Assembly: GCA_023246355.1 (NCBI GenBank)
Contig: JAHFIQ010000001.1
Location: forward strand, 222,234 to 286,233
DNA from: Candidatus Uhrbacteria bacterium
GTDB taxonomy: Bacteria; Patescibacteriota; Patescibacteriia; UBA9934; GWF2-40-263
Direction: 5' to 3'
Length of the DNA: 64,000 bases
Part shown: piece by piece, positions 1-9,361 of the stretch
Layout of the letters: each line of letters starts with the position of its first letter
How positions within the stretch are numbered: position 1 is the stretch's first letter
Program-made: the position numbers and the translations under genes
Notes under the pieces: generated by a model
Database searches by the model: none
What the model was told of the DNA's origin: nothing
What the model saw: the letters and a program-made list of their open reading frames with translations, nothing else

Positions 1-1616
1 TTTTCAAAAGGATAATGCAGCTGCGCGTATGGCATGGAACCAGATTCAAACCAACAATCAAGCACCTCGGGGATACGTCGAAACACCTTTCCTTCTTTTT
101 CAAAGGTGACGGCATCCACATACTGCTTGTGCACATTTTGAATTTTTTTTCCTGAAAGTTGTTCTAACTCAGAAACGGATCCCACACAGTGCACATCACC
201 CTCATCACTGATCCAAAGCGGCAATGGCGTTCCCCAAAATCTTGAACGAGAAACAGACCAGTCAGGAGAACCAGCGAGTCCTTTTCCAAACCGACCTTCT
301 TTGATGTGCTCAGGAACCCAGTGAATCTCCTCTGCCTTTGTGAGTAGTCGATCAACCACGGACTCAACCGCCACAAACCAGGAAGAGGTCGCATAGTTCA
401 GCAGCGGCGTGTCACAACGCCAACACAGAGGATAGCTATGTTTGATTTTTTCCTTGGAAAACAAACGACCGCTATGCGCCAGAGCCTTGACAATCTCAAT
501 ATCCACACTCATCGTGTCGCCTTTCTTTTTGACTGGGACATCTTTCACTGTGTAGCCAGCTTGTGATAGGGGTTCTGCGACCTCACTCACAAACTGCCCA
601 TTCATCTGAACGTGAAAAATCGGCTCAACCTGTTCTCTCTTGCCTACCTCATAGTCATCAGATCCAAACCCAGGAGCAATATGAACCAACCCTGTTCCCT
701 CATCGATTGTGACAAAATCTCCCTCAACGACCCGAAAAGCATTTGGATGATCCTGAAAAAATGGAAACAACGGTTTGTATGTCAACCCAACAAGATCTGA
801 TCCTTTGAGAGAATCAGTGATCGTGTACTCTTTGCCTTGAAAAACTTTTTGGGCGAGCTCATTGGCAACAAGATAGTTCTCGCCTTCAGATTTCACAATG
901 GCGTACACGATGTCTGGATTCACAGCCACAAGTGTGTTCCCAGGCAATGTCCATGGGGTTGTCGTCCAGGCAAGCATCTTTACATCTGTGAATATCCCAC
1001 TGGTTATTGGAAACGCCACAACGACCGTCATGTCTGTGACTTCTTCATAGCCCTGATTCACCTCGAATTTCGAAAGAACCGTTTCACAACGAGGACAAAG
1101 ATGAATCGGCTTGTGTCCTTGGTAGATCAATCCCTTTTCCCACAACGTCTTAAACACCCACCAGACCGACTCCATGAAAGACAGATCCATGGTTTTGTAG
1201 TCGTCGTCCATGTCGACCCATCTACCAAGTCGCCGAATGACCTTCTTCCACTCAGTGGCATACAACATCACTTCTGCGTGGCAGGCATCATTAAATTTTG
1301 CTACGCCATATTCCTCGATGGCTTTCTTTGAACCAAGATCAAATTTTTTCTCAACGATATTTTCAATCGGCAACCCATGACAATCCCATCCCCACTTGCG
1401 ATCCACATGAAACCCACGCATGGTCCAAAAACGAGGTACCACATCTTTCATCACGCTGGCCACGATGTGTCCGTAATGCGGAAGGCCTGTGGCAAACGGC
1501 GGGCCGTCATAAAACACAAACGGCCCTTTGGGGGAGGGCTTTGCAAGGGTCTTTTGAAAAATCTTGTTGGCTTCCCACCCGTTCAGGACCTCGAGTTCGC
1601 GTTCAGGAAAATTCAT
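1..1616 (-). CDS. ileS: isoleucyl-tRNA synthetase, N-terminal part (runs off the window start)
   Basis: Reverse-strand translation from the ATG at 1616..1614 gives MNFPERELEVLNGWEANKIFQKTLAK..FVFYDGPPFATGLPHYGH, the class I HIGH motif, in an IleS-like context. Not in the ORF track because no stop lies within the window. Confidence 0.8.
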   Translation of the reverse strand, partial: MNFPERELEVLNGWEANKIFQKTLAKPSPKGPFVFYDGPPFATGLPHYGHIVASVMKDVVPRFWTMRGFHVDRKWGWDCHGLPIENIVEKKFDLGSKKAIEEYGVAKFNDACHAEVMLYATEWKKVIRRLGRWVDMDDDYKTMDLSFMESVWWVFKTLWEKGLIYQGHKPIHLCPRCETVLSKFEVNQGYEEVTDMTVVVAFPITSGIFTDVKMLAWTTTPWTLPGNTLVAVNPDIVYAIVKSEGENYLVANELAQKVFQGKEYTITDSLKGSDLVGLTYKPLFPFFQDHPNAFRVVEGDFVTIDEGTGLVHIAPGFGSDDYEVGKREQVEPIFHVQMNGQFVSEVAEPLSQAGYTVKDVPVKKKGDTMSVDIEIVKALAHSGRLFSKEKIKHSYPLCWRCDTPLLNYATSSWFVAVESVVDRLLTKAEEIHWVPEHIKEGRFGKGLAGSPDWSVSRSRFWGTPLPLWISDEGDVHCVGSVSELEQLSGKKIQNVHKQYVDAVTFEKEGKVFRRIPEVLDCWFESGSMPYAQLHYPFE

Positions 1617-1689
1617 AATGTACAGAGCGTAGCAACGAGTACTTGAAAAATCAAATGAAGAAAGGTAAGATCGTCCTGAAGATCCTTCT

Positions 1690-1923
1690 ATGAAAACAAT
1701 GACGAGAATAAAAGACAAAAAAACCGCAGAGGTCACACTCACCAGGCTCCAACAAGAAGTGGCCCTCCTGCGCTCAGCCGTGATCAGTCTTTTGGGTGTG
1801 GACTCAGAAGGTGAATACAGACCAGAGTTCGTCAAACAGACACTCAAGGCAGCGAAAGCGCCTGCCATCTACCAGTTCAAGAACGCAAAATCCTTTCTGC
1901 GTCAATTGAATACAGGGGTATGA
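1690..1923 (+). CDS. type II antitoxin (Phd/RelB-like), 77 aa
   Basis: Small ORF whose stop overlaps the downstream RelE/ParE-like toxin start (ATGA). Confidence 0.5.
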   Translation: MKTMTRIKDKKTAEVTLTRLQQEVALLRSAVISLLGVDSEGEYRPEFVKQTLKAAKAPAIYQFKNAKSFLRQLNTGV

Positions 1924-2183
1924 TTTCTCTCGAGTTCAACAAACATTTTTTAAATTCTTCCAGAAAACTTTCAACGGTCGAGCAAATAAAACTTGCCACT
2001 CTCCTTGAACGGTTTCAGCACAACCCTTTCGACGCAAGCTTGCAGACCAAAAAACTGAAAGGGGAACTGAGTGGTTTATTTTCCTTCAGAGTCACTCGTG
2101 AACGACGGGTGATTTTTCAATTTATGAATGAGACAACCATCCGACTTATCAACGTCATCCACCGCAAGGATGCCTATCGCTAA
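1920..2183 (+). CDS. RelE/ParE-family toxin
   Basis: 87 aa with C-terminus FRVTRERRVIFQFMNETTIRLINVIHRKDAY, typical of RelE/ParE; translationally coupled to the upstream antitoxin. Confidence 0.65.
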   Translation: MISLEFNKHFLNSSRKLSTVEQIKLATLLERFQHNPFDASLQTKKLKGELSGLFSFRVTRERRVIFQFMNETTIRLINVIHRKDAYR

Positions 2184-2189
2184 ATACCT

Positions 2190-2657
2190 ATGCACAAACC
2201 AACCATCTACATCGGCGCGGACCATGCCGGCTGGGATTTGAAAGAAGCGCTTGAGGACCATCTCAAAGAACAAGGATTTAACGTGACCGACATGGGAAAC
2301 GAAAATCTCGTAGGAGACGACGATTATCCAGACTTTGGCTACGCGGTGGCCAAGCGTGTGGCAACAGATGGCAACGCCCACGGCATTGTCATTTGCGGCA
2401 ATGCGCAGGGTATCTGCATCGTGGCCAACAAAGTGAAGGGCGTACGCGCGGCAACCGGGTTCAACAAAGAGGTGGCGCAGAGCGCTCGCACCGATGACAA
2501 CTCAAACGTCCTGTGTCTTCCAGGACGACACCTCACACACAAAGAAGCCAAGGGCATCGTGGACACGTGGCTCTCAACGGACTTTAGTTCTGAAGATCGA
2601 CACCTACGGAGACTCAAAAAAGTGGAGGAGATTGAGAAGCAAGAGTTTGGGAAATGA
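2190..2657 (+). CDS. rpiB: ribose-5-phosphate isomerase B
   Basis: IYIGADHAG and GIVICGNAQGICIVANK motifs of RpiB/LacAB; 155 aa. Confidence 0.85.
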   Translation: MHKPTIYIGADHAGWDLKEALEDHLKEQGFNVTDMGNENLVGDDDYPDFGYAVAKRVATDGNAHGIVICGNAQGICIVANKVKGVRAATGFNKEVAQSARTDDNSNVLCLPGRHLTHKEAKGIVDTWLSTDFSSEDRHLRRLKKVEEIEKQEFGK

Positions 2658-2706
2658 AAAGCGGCCACCTGTTTAGGTAACCGCCGTTGGTCGAAATAAA
2701 TTCGAT

Positions 2707-3651
2707 CTAGAACTGCACCAGGAAGCGGAAGGCGATGTTGACGAGCCGGTTGCCGCTCCAGTAGTCGTTGACATACGCGAGCCCACCGTCGCCGGTGTGG
2801 CCCACGATGAGCGCGCCCTGGGAACCGCAGCGGTTCTCGCACCACTCCACTGCATTGGTAGAACCAAGGTCTGGGAAGGAGTCGGCGGTGTGCTGGGTCA
2901 CCCAGTTGAAGAGGTTCCCCATGAAGTTGAAGGCCTTCACGGACTGGATGCGGGAATTGCCACCCAGGGGCTTGAAGACCCCTGAGACCTTGGGGAGGAT
3001 GTCCGCCACGAGGTCGTCTCCCTCACCCTTTTCCGAGTGCGGGTGGCTGAAGCGGGTCTTGAGGCCGATCGTCACCATGAGCCGGTCGTCGGGGTAGACG
3101 CCGTCCTGGTAGTTGGGCTTCTGGATGACCTCGAAGGCAATCCACCTTCCCAGCAACGGAAGAGGCGTGACATCAGCACCCGACAGGTATCGTTTCCAGT
3201 CAGGCTTCACGAAGCTCTTGGGATAGTCCTTCTCCTTCCAGGCCGGGACGAAGAAGAGCCCGAGCTTGAACTTGGCCATCAACCGACGTTGAGCACGGTT
3301 GAAGTCCGGTGGCTCAGGCAACTCGGTCTTGGGGCTGCCTTCCATCTCGTGCAAGGCGTCGAAGATCGTCTGCATCCAGGTGTGGAGCTGCGCCTTCCAG
3401 TCCTTTCCCGTGAGGCTGGGGTACTTGAGGCTCTTCAGGTGGTCGGAATGGGACTGCCGCCGCGACAGTTCCGCTTCTTCACGCTCGACGATCTCCGTCA
3501 GTTCAAGGAGGAAGCCTTCGCCGCGTGCTCCCAGCACTCCGGCGTGATTGAACAGGTCGAAGTACTTCACGATCGTGGGCATGCCCTCGCCGCCCGTACG
3601 ATTGACCTGACTGACGAGCTCCTTGACCCATGAAGGAATACTGAATTGCAT
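2707..3651 (-). CDS. high-GC hypothetical protein with FGE/C-type-lectin-like C-terminal domain; paralog of the DGR target
   Basis: About 60% GC. C-terminus VEWCENRCGSQGALIVGHTGDGGLAYVNDYWSGNRLVNIAFRFLV aligns with the DGR target C-terminus STWCWLRTRFGRGALDACDLGGVVRVF. Start chosen at MQFSIPSW (3651), which has a GGAGAG SD; the ORF track extends to 3666. Confidence 0.55.
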   Translation of the reverse strand: MQFSIPSWVKELVSQVNRTGGEGMPTIVKYFDLFNHAGVLGARGEGFLLELTEIVEREEAELSRRQSHSDHLKSLKYPSLTGKDWKAQLHTWMQTIFDALHEMEGSPKTELPEPPDFNRAQRRLMAKFKLGLFFVPAWKEKDYPKSFVKPDWKRYLSGADVTPLPLLGRWIAFEVIQKPNYQDGVYPDDRLMVTIGLKTRFSHPHSEKGEGDDLVADILPKVSGVFKPLGGNSRIQSVKAFNFMGNLFNWVTQHTADSFPDLGSTNAVEWCENRCGSQGALIVGHTGDGGLAYVNDYWSGNRLVNIAFRFLVQF

Positions 3652-3738
3652 TGTCTCTCCAGCCACAGGTACCAGTTCCTCCTCGACTGAGTAAACAGTC
3701 GATTTGGTTCTCCCTATGGACGGTTGTCCTACACGGTG

Positions 3739-3826
3739 CCGCCGTGCCGGTGTGAGTGCAAAACCGACGGTTTTCGGCTCTGCAAACGACTGGAGACTAT
3801 ACTCCCGTTTGGCGGAAAAGTCAAGG
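3739..3826 (-). promoter_or_regulatory. conserved promoter plus 5' leader element, copy A
   Basis: Minus strand reads TTGACT-17nt-TATAGT (-35 at 3819..3824, -10 at 3796..3801). The ~75-nt transcribed leader is about 85% identical to copy B at 16354..16442. Confidence 0.6.
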
Positions 3827-3846
3827 AATTGGTATGTTTGTGTGGT

Positions 3847-3984
3847 ATGTCAATAAAAAACGAGTATCCTGAAGGAGTTTACAGACCTATATTCGTCCAG
3901 CGTATGCGAGAGGCGCTCGACGATAAACCGATCTACTCTTACACAGACCCTGGCTCGCTCCTCAAACAGCTCGAAAAACTATGA
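3847..3984 (+). CDS. small hypothetical ORF (45 aa), possibly an orphan antitoxin-like protein
   Basis: ATG at 3847; its stop overlaps the rpe start (ATGA). No recognisable motif. Confidence 0.25.
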   Translation: MSIKNEYPEGVYRPIFVQRMREALDDKPIYSYTDPGSLLKQLEKL

Positions 3985-4673
3985 TCGAAATCGTGCCGGC
4001 CTTTTTGGCCGAATCAGAACGTGAGTTTGAGCGCAACCTTCGGCTGGTCGAGAACGACTGCCAGCTCATCCAGGTCGACGTGCTCGACGGCTCGTTGTTT
4101 CCCAACACCTGCTGGTTCGACGCGGAGCGAATCGGCAACCTCAAGACCAACGTCGAAATGGAACTTCACCTCATGGTCGAGAATCCCATTCCCATCATCG
4201 AGGCGTGGAAAAAATATGTGCCAACCTTCAAACGCGCCATTGTTTCCGCGGAGATGCATCGACCAACAGGCGCGGTCACGGGCTTCATCAAAGACGAACT
4301 CAAACTCGAAGTTGGCGTGGCGCTGAGTCCTGAGTCGCCCCTCAAAGAAATCGAAGAAGTGCTCCACCAAGTTGATGCGCTCACCATCATGAGTGTGCAT
4401 CCAGGTCGCCAAGGTCAAACCTTTGGCGATCCTGAGCACGGGGGAAACCTCCCGTTCATCTTGGAAAAAATCGCCCAAGCTCGGGCGCATCGACCTGATC
4501 TCATGATCGAAGTAGACGGAGGCGTGACAGCTGAACTCATCCCGGCTCTGATAAAAGCTGGTGCCAATCGTCTGTGTGTTGGTGGCGCGATCTTCAAATC
4601 AACTGACCCAGCTGGTACACTGAAGGAAATGAACCAATACCTTTATGAACTTTTGCAAAACAGCGCAGGCTAA
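3981..4673 (+). CDS. rpe: ribulose-phosphate 3-epimerase
   Basis: LHLMVENP and MIEVDGGV motifs; 230 aa. The last three codons and the stop are supplied by a REP element. Confidence 0.85.
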   Translation: MIEIVPAFLAESEREFERNLRLVENDCQLIQVDVLDGSLFPNTCWFDAERIGNLKTNVEMELHLMVENPIPIIEAWKKYVPTFKRAIVSAEMHRPTGAVTGFIKDELKLEVGVALSPESPLKEIEEVLHQVDALTIMSVHPGRQGQTFGDPEHGGNLPFILEKIAQARAHRPDLMIEVDGGVTAELIPALIKAGANRLCVGGAIFKSTDPAGTLKEMNQYLYELLQNSAG

Positions 4674-5457
4674 AGCCTGCGGCTACCTCACAATCTTTAC
4701 CCTGCTCGCCATCCTTGCCCTACCTGTTCACGCCGCCACCGTCTCCGCTGACGACCTCACGCCTGGCGATCTGATCCGTGGGGAATCTTTTTCCGCTGTC
4801 TACTACTATGCAGAAGATGGGCTGCGCTACGTTTTCCCAAATAGCAAAGTCTACTTCACGTGGTACGAGGACTTCGACGATGTGAGCTGGCTTTCCGATG
4901 AAGATCTCGCCACCATAGAAATCGGCGGCAACGTCACCTACAAACCAGGCATCAAGATGGTCAAGATCAACTCCAGTCCCCAGGTCTATGCGGTTGGAGC
5001 TGGTGGTATCTTGCGCGGCATTGCATCTGAAAACGTTGCACAAGAACTCTACGGCGAGGATTGGAACCAGAATATTGATGACATCCCTGATGGATTTTTT
5101 GGCAACTATGAAATTGGAGAGGACATCGAACTTTCAACCCAGTACGATCCAGATGTTGAAGAGCAAGACGCTCAAGACATCGATGACGATCGCGACATCA
5201 AACCGTTTGTGGAGATCACGGTCACAGAGGAAGGCTACAGCGAACCAACCGTGACTATCGACTCAGGAACAGCCGTCCGATGGACGAATGAGGGAGAAGA
5301 AAACCACACCGTGACGGAATGGGATAGCGTCTGGGGATCTGGAACGCTGAAGCCCGGTCACCACTTCACCCACTATTTCCGGGAAGAAGGCACCTGGCAC
5401 TACTATTCAAAAACCGACGATCGCAACATCTTTGAAGGTGCTGTGATTGTGGAATAA
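4645..5457 (+). CDS. secreted protein with degenerate cupredoxin-like C-terminal domain (paralog A)
   Basis: Signal peptide. About 60% identical to 5533..6348, but the copper-site residues are replaced (WHYYSKTDD versus FHCKYHSSM). Confidence 0.6.
   Translation: MNFCKTAQAKACGYLTIFTLLAILALPVHAATVSADDLTPGDLIRGESFSAVYYYAEDGLRYVFPNSKVYFTWYEDFDDVSWLSDEDLATIEIGGNVTYKPGIKMVKINSSPQVYAVGAGGILRGIASENVAQELYGEDWNQNIDDIPDGFFGNYEIGEDIELSTQYDPDVEEQDAQDIDDDRDIKPFVEITVTEEGYSEPTVTIDSGTAVRWTNEGEENHTVTEWDSVWGSGTLKPGHHFTHYFREEGTWHYYSKTDDRNIFEGAVIVE
4663..4687 (+). repeat. REP element copy 1 (GCGCAGGCTAAAGCCTGCGGCTACC)
   Basis: Palindromic core GCAGGCT.AAGCCTGC with a GTAG/CTAC end. The same 25-mer recurs at 12876, 13404, 13442 and 48977. 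Confidence 0.8.
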
Positions 5458-5532
5458 AAGTGGAAAAAAGATTTCTCGCCCTGTTTCCATTGTGCTATAC
5501 TACTGTCGTTCACTAATTTTTGACCCAACCTT

Positions 5533-6348
5533 ATGACAAAACGCCTTTCCTTTTTGTCAGTCTCGCTGCTCGCCATAGCCATGGTTTCAAGCGTTGTTCT
5601 CTCCGGGCTCGTTCCAACCGCTGGCGCCACCAGCCTCACAGATCCAGAAGATCTGGAGCCAGGTGACCTTATCCGTGGAGAAACATTTTCTGCTGTCTAC
5701 TATTACGGTGAAGATGGTTTCCGCTATGTGTTCCCCAACAGCAAAACCTACTTCACTTGGTATGAAGACTTCGACGACGTGGTTTGGTTGTCTGACTCGG
5801 ACATGTCCACGATCCAAATCGGCGGCAACGTCACCTACAAGCCAGGAGTAAAAATGATCAAAATCAACTCTGACCCAACCGTCTACGTGGTAGGCATGGG
5901 CGGAGAAATCCAAGGCATTCCATCGGAGGAAGTAGCTGAAGCGCTCTACGGTTCTACCTGGAACCAACAAATTGACGATGTCCCAGATGGATTCTTTAGC
6001 AACTACACCATGGGCTCGGATCTGGAATTCGCCTCGCAGTTTGATCCAGATGCAGAAGAAGCTGAGGCCGACTCCATCAACGATGACAAAGCTCTTCAAC
6101 CCTACGTCACCATCACCATCACGGACAACGAATACAGCGACGAGAACCTCACGGTCGAAGCGGGAACCGCCGTGCGCTTCGTGAATGAAGGAAGCAGCAA
6201 CCACACGGCAAGTGCAGACGACGGCTCCTGGGGAACCGGAACCCTCGCCAGTGGCAAGAACTTCTCGCGTTACTTTGACGAGGAAGGCGACTATGACTTC
6301 CACTGTAAGTATCATTCAAGCATGACGGGAACGATCACTGTTGAGTAA
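5533..6348 (+). CDS. secreted cupredoxin (plastocyanin/azurin-like) domain protein (paralog B)
   Basis: C-terminal YDFHCKYHSSMTG fits the type 1 copper site pattern H..C..H....M, with an upstream His at NHTA; signal peptide. Confidence 0.65.
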   Translation: MTKRLSFLSVSLLAIAMVSSVVLSGLVPTAGATSLTDPEDLEPGDLIRGETFSAVYYYGEDGFRYVFPNSKTYFTWYEDFDDVVWLSDSDMSTIQIGGNVTYKPGVKMIKINSDPTVYVVGMGGEIQGIPSEEVAEALYGSTWNQQIDDVPDGFFSNYTMGSDLEFASQFDPDAEEAEADSINDDKALQPYVTITITDNEYSDENLTVEAGTAVRFVNEGSSNHTASADDGSWGTGTLASGKNFSRYFDEEGDYDFHCKYHSSMTGTITVE

Positions 6349-6373
6349 ACTGTAGAAAAATCGAATGGTTATC

Positions 6374-6405
6374 AAAGCCGGAGTTCGTACTCCGGCTTTA
6401 TGTTT
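6374..6405 (+). terminator. rho-independent terminator
   Basis: Hairpin AAGCCGGAGTtcgtACTCCGGCTT followed by TATGTTT. Confidence 0.6.
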
Positions 6406-6422
6406 GCTAGAATGATTGCACT

Positions 6423-7322
6423 ATGCCGAATTTGACTATGGGTCCCAAGGTTCGAAAACCTTTGCATCTGCATGACAAAAAACTCAAGCAACTAGAGGAA
6501 CGTGCACAGATGATCCGCGAGGACGTGATCGACATGCTGGTGCAAGCTGGTTCTGGACACTCGGCTGGACCTCTTGGGATGGCGGACATCTTCACCGCCC
6601 TCTATTTTCACGTCCTGGTTCATGACCCCAAACGCCCTGACTGGAAAGACCGCGATCGTCTAATCCTGAGTAACGGCCACATCTGTCCCATCCGCTACGC
6701 CACCATGGCGCATGCTGGCTACTTCCCAAAAAAACTGTTGATGACCCTGCGCAAGCTCGGCTCACCGTTGCAAGGACATCCTGAACGAGAAAAACTTCCG
6801 GGGGTTGAGACTACCTCTGGTCCACTTGGTTCAGGATCATCACAAGCCGCAGGACTTGCCTACACCGCTCTCTTGGATCGATCCCCATGGCGAGTGTACT
6901 GCGTGATGAGCGACGGAGAATTGGCTGCCGGACAAACCTGGGAAGCCATGCTGTTTGCTAGCCGCAACAAACTCTACAACTGCACATTCGTGATCGATCG
7001 CAACAACATCCAAATCGATGGCACGACCGAGGAGATCATGCCGCTTGAACCCTTGGCCGCAAAGTTCGAAGCGTTCAATCTCAACGTCGAGCACTGCGCA
7101 GGAAACTCGATTCGAGATTTTGTCACAGCGATTGAGCGTGCGCACTCTGTCAGTGAAAAACCCACCGTGATCATCGCAGACACGATCCCCGGCTACGGCG
7201 TTGAGTTCATGGAGCATGACTTTCTCTGGCACGGAAAACCGCCATCCCCTGGAGAAGAGGCCCACCTGGCCATCGAACAACTCAGAACACTCTCAGGAAA
7301 AATAATAAGTGAGCATCAATAA
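6423..7322 (+). CDS. tkt: transketolase, N-terminal subunit (split tkt)
   Basis: GSGHSAGPLGMADI thiamine-diphosphate-binding region; 299 aa matches the N-terminal half only. Confidence 0.85.
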   Translation: MPNLTMGPKVRKPLHLHDKKLKQLEERAQMIREDVIDMLVQAGSGHSAGPLGMADIFTALYFHVLVHDPKRPDWKDRDRLILSNGHICPIRYATMAHAGYFPKKLLMTLRKLGSPLQGHPEREKLPGVETTSGPLGSGSSQAAGLAYTALLDRSPWRVYCVMSDGELAAGQTWEAMLFASRNKLYNCTFVIDRNNIQIDGTTEEIMPLEPLAAKFEAFNLNVEHCAGNSIRDFVTAIERAHSVSEKPTVIIADTIPGYGVEFMEHDFLWHGKPPSPGEEAHLAIEQLRTLSGKIISEHQ

Positions 7323-8256
7323 ATCTATGACCATTCAAAAAGCTCTACCCTGGATCACACGCGGCTTTGCCATCGTTGGGATCGTCGCTCTTATCTGGTG
7401 GGTCGCTCAATATTTCACCGGCGTTCAACCTGTCTTTACGACATCTTCTGGAGATTACTACGAACAGACCATGATCGGGTCGTCTGCATCTTTTGCAGGT
7501 GACTACGGTGAAAAAGCGATCATGCCAGGAGAAGAACTTTTGTACGACTCAGCCCTTGCCGCTGAGATCGATCAGAAGATCATCAAGACAGGCGACCTGT
7601 CGTTGATTGTTCTGGACGTGGAAAAAAGTGCCGATGTCGTGAAGGCTCTTGCGTCAGAAAAAAACGGCTATGTTCAGTCATCATCCGTATCTGAACACGA
7701 AGACGGAACACTTTCAGGCTACGTGATCATCCGTGTCCCAGCCGATCAATTTGATACAAGCGTTGAAGCGTTGAAAGCTGAGGCGCTCGTTGTCGAAGAA
7801 GAATTTGTTTCCACGCAAGACGTAACCGAGCAGTACATCGACCTTGCCGCACGTCTGAAAAATGCTCAAGTACAAGAAACGCGCTACGTGGAAATCTTGG
7901 ACGTCGCCAACACGGTGGAAGAAATTTTGCAGATTGAAAATGCGCTTGCAAACGTCCGCGGCACCATCGAATCGCTCACTGGACAAATTCAATATCTCGA
8001 CTCACAAACAAACTTCTCCACGATCACAGTGAATCTCGATGAGGAACCGGTGATCACCGTGGGCGGAAAAGAGTTTCGCCCAGGCACCACTGTGAAACTT
8101 GCTGCCCAGGCCGTCGTGCGTTTGGCTCAATGGCTCGTTGAGGCCATCATCTGGCTCGTCATCGTCGGCATTGGGATTGGTGTGCCACTGCTTATTCTTG
8201 GATGGATTCTTGTGGTAAAAATTGGAAAGAAATTGATCAATCGATTCAGGAAATAA
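7309..8256 (+). CDS. DUF4349-like membrane-anchored protein
   Basis: N-terminal TM, central coiled-coil region, C-terminal TM; resembles DUF4349 architecture. Confidence 0.5.
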   Translation: MSINKSMTIQKALPWITRGFAIVGIVALIWWVAQYFTGVQPVFTTSSGDYYEQTMIGSSASFAGDYGEKAIMPGEELLYDSALAAEIDQKIIKTGDLSLIVLDVEKSADVVKALASEKNGYVQSSSVSEHEDGTLSGYVIIRVPADQFDTSVEALKAEALVVEEEFVSTQDVTEQYIDLAARLKNAQVQETRYVEILDVANTVEEILQIENALANVRGTIESLTGQIQYLDSQTNFSTITVNLDEEPVITVGGKEFRPGTTVKLAAQAVVRLAQWLVEAIIWLVIVGIGIGVPLLILGWILVVKIGKKLINRFRK

Positions 8257-8286
8257 GTATGGCCAAAGCACGATCTGCAACCGGCA

Positions 8287-9333
8287 TCAACCGTTCTTGA
8301 ACTTCATACGTTTTACCAAATTGAGTAGTCGCCTCTGATTCCTAAATTCCTGACCATGGTCGAAAGCCGACAAACAGGACTGAATTGTCTCACTGAAATT
8401 TTCCTCTAGGATGCCCGTATCCTCGTATTGCGCTACTAAATTCTCAACCCGTCCGAAAAGTCGTTTTCGCGTTGTTCTCCTCATTGTTCGTACCGTTGGT
8501 CTCAACACCCAACCAAGAAAGTCGACACCTTGTTGGTATGTCCGAATGGAAACCTTGTACGGATGAAGGCGCAAAAGTAGACGTCGTGAGAGATACGATT
8601 CAATTTGCAGAAGGGCTGATTCCAAAAACTGACGACTCTCGTGAAGGAGAATAAAATCATCACAAAACCGAATGTACCACCGTATCCTCAGGTGTTCCTT
8701 CACCCAATGGTCGAACGCATTGAGGTAGACGTTGGCAAAAAGTTGGCTGGTGACATTCCCAAGTGGGAGTCCGCACGATACCCCCTTGACAGACAAGTGG
8801 CTTGCTACGACTTGGCCTATAAGCCGCAACAATGGTTCATTGGTGACACGCCGTGCAAGCATCCCCATAAGCACATCGTGCTGTATCGAATCGAAAAATT
8901 TGGAGATGTCGCACTTGAGCGCATAAATGCGACGCGAGTCGTTACAGGATCCTCGTCTCAAAAAATCTTCAAGTCGGTCAATCGCCGCATGCGTCCCTTT
9001 TCCCTTACGCGAAGCAAACGAATCGAAAATGAAGGATGACTCGAAAGCCGGTTCCAAGACGTTCACAAGCGCCTGATGTACAACCCTGTCACGAACGCTT
9101 GCTTTGCTGATGTACCGACGTTTCGGATCATGAATATAAAATTGCTCATACCCACCGTGGAGATAGGATCCATTCTCAAGGTCGTGTACCAGATCAAACA
9201 ATTCATCCTCAAGCCTCATGGAAAATTGAAGCACATCTTGCTTGGCCATCTTTCCACAACTGAATACTTCCCAGGCATCAAACAAATTTTCTAACGAAAT
9301 AACTTCTTGTAGTGATCCGTTCCTATGAGTCAC
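8287..9333 (-). CDS. DGR reverse transcriptase
   Basis: 348 aa; LPLGNVTSQLFANVYLNAFD is the DGR-specific SQ variant of RT motif 4, and FCDD stands in for YxDD. Confidence 0.85.
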   Translation of the reverse strand: MTHRNGSLQEVISLENLFDAWEVFSCGKMAKQDVLQFSMRLEDELFDLVHDLENGSYLHGGYEQFYIHDPKRRYISKASVRDRVVHQALVNVLEPAFESSFIFDSFASRKGKGTHAAIDRLEDFLRRGSCNDSRRIYALKCDISKFFDSIQHDVLMGMLARRVTNEPLLRLIGQVVASHLSVKGVSCGLPLGNVTSQLFANVYLNAFDHWVKEHLRIRWYIRFCDDFILLHESRQFLESALLQIESYLSRRLLLRLHPYKVSIRTYQQGVDFLGWVLRPTVRTMRRTTRKRLFGRVENLVAQYEDTGILEENFSETIQSCLSAFDHGQEFRNQRRLLNLVKRMKFKNG

Positions 9334-9361
9334 CCCCCCCCCGACGGAGTTTGATCGATGG

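Noticed and set aside
837-1646. Plus-strand ORFs at the window start (837..1331, 1298..1618, 1377..1646)
   Set aside because: They are antisense to the well-supported ileS reading frame.
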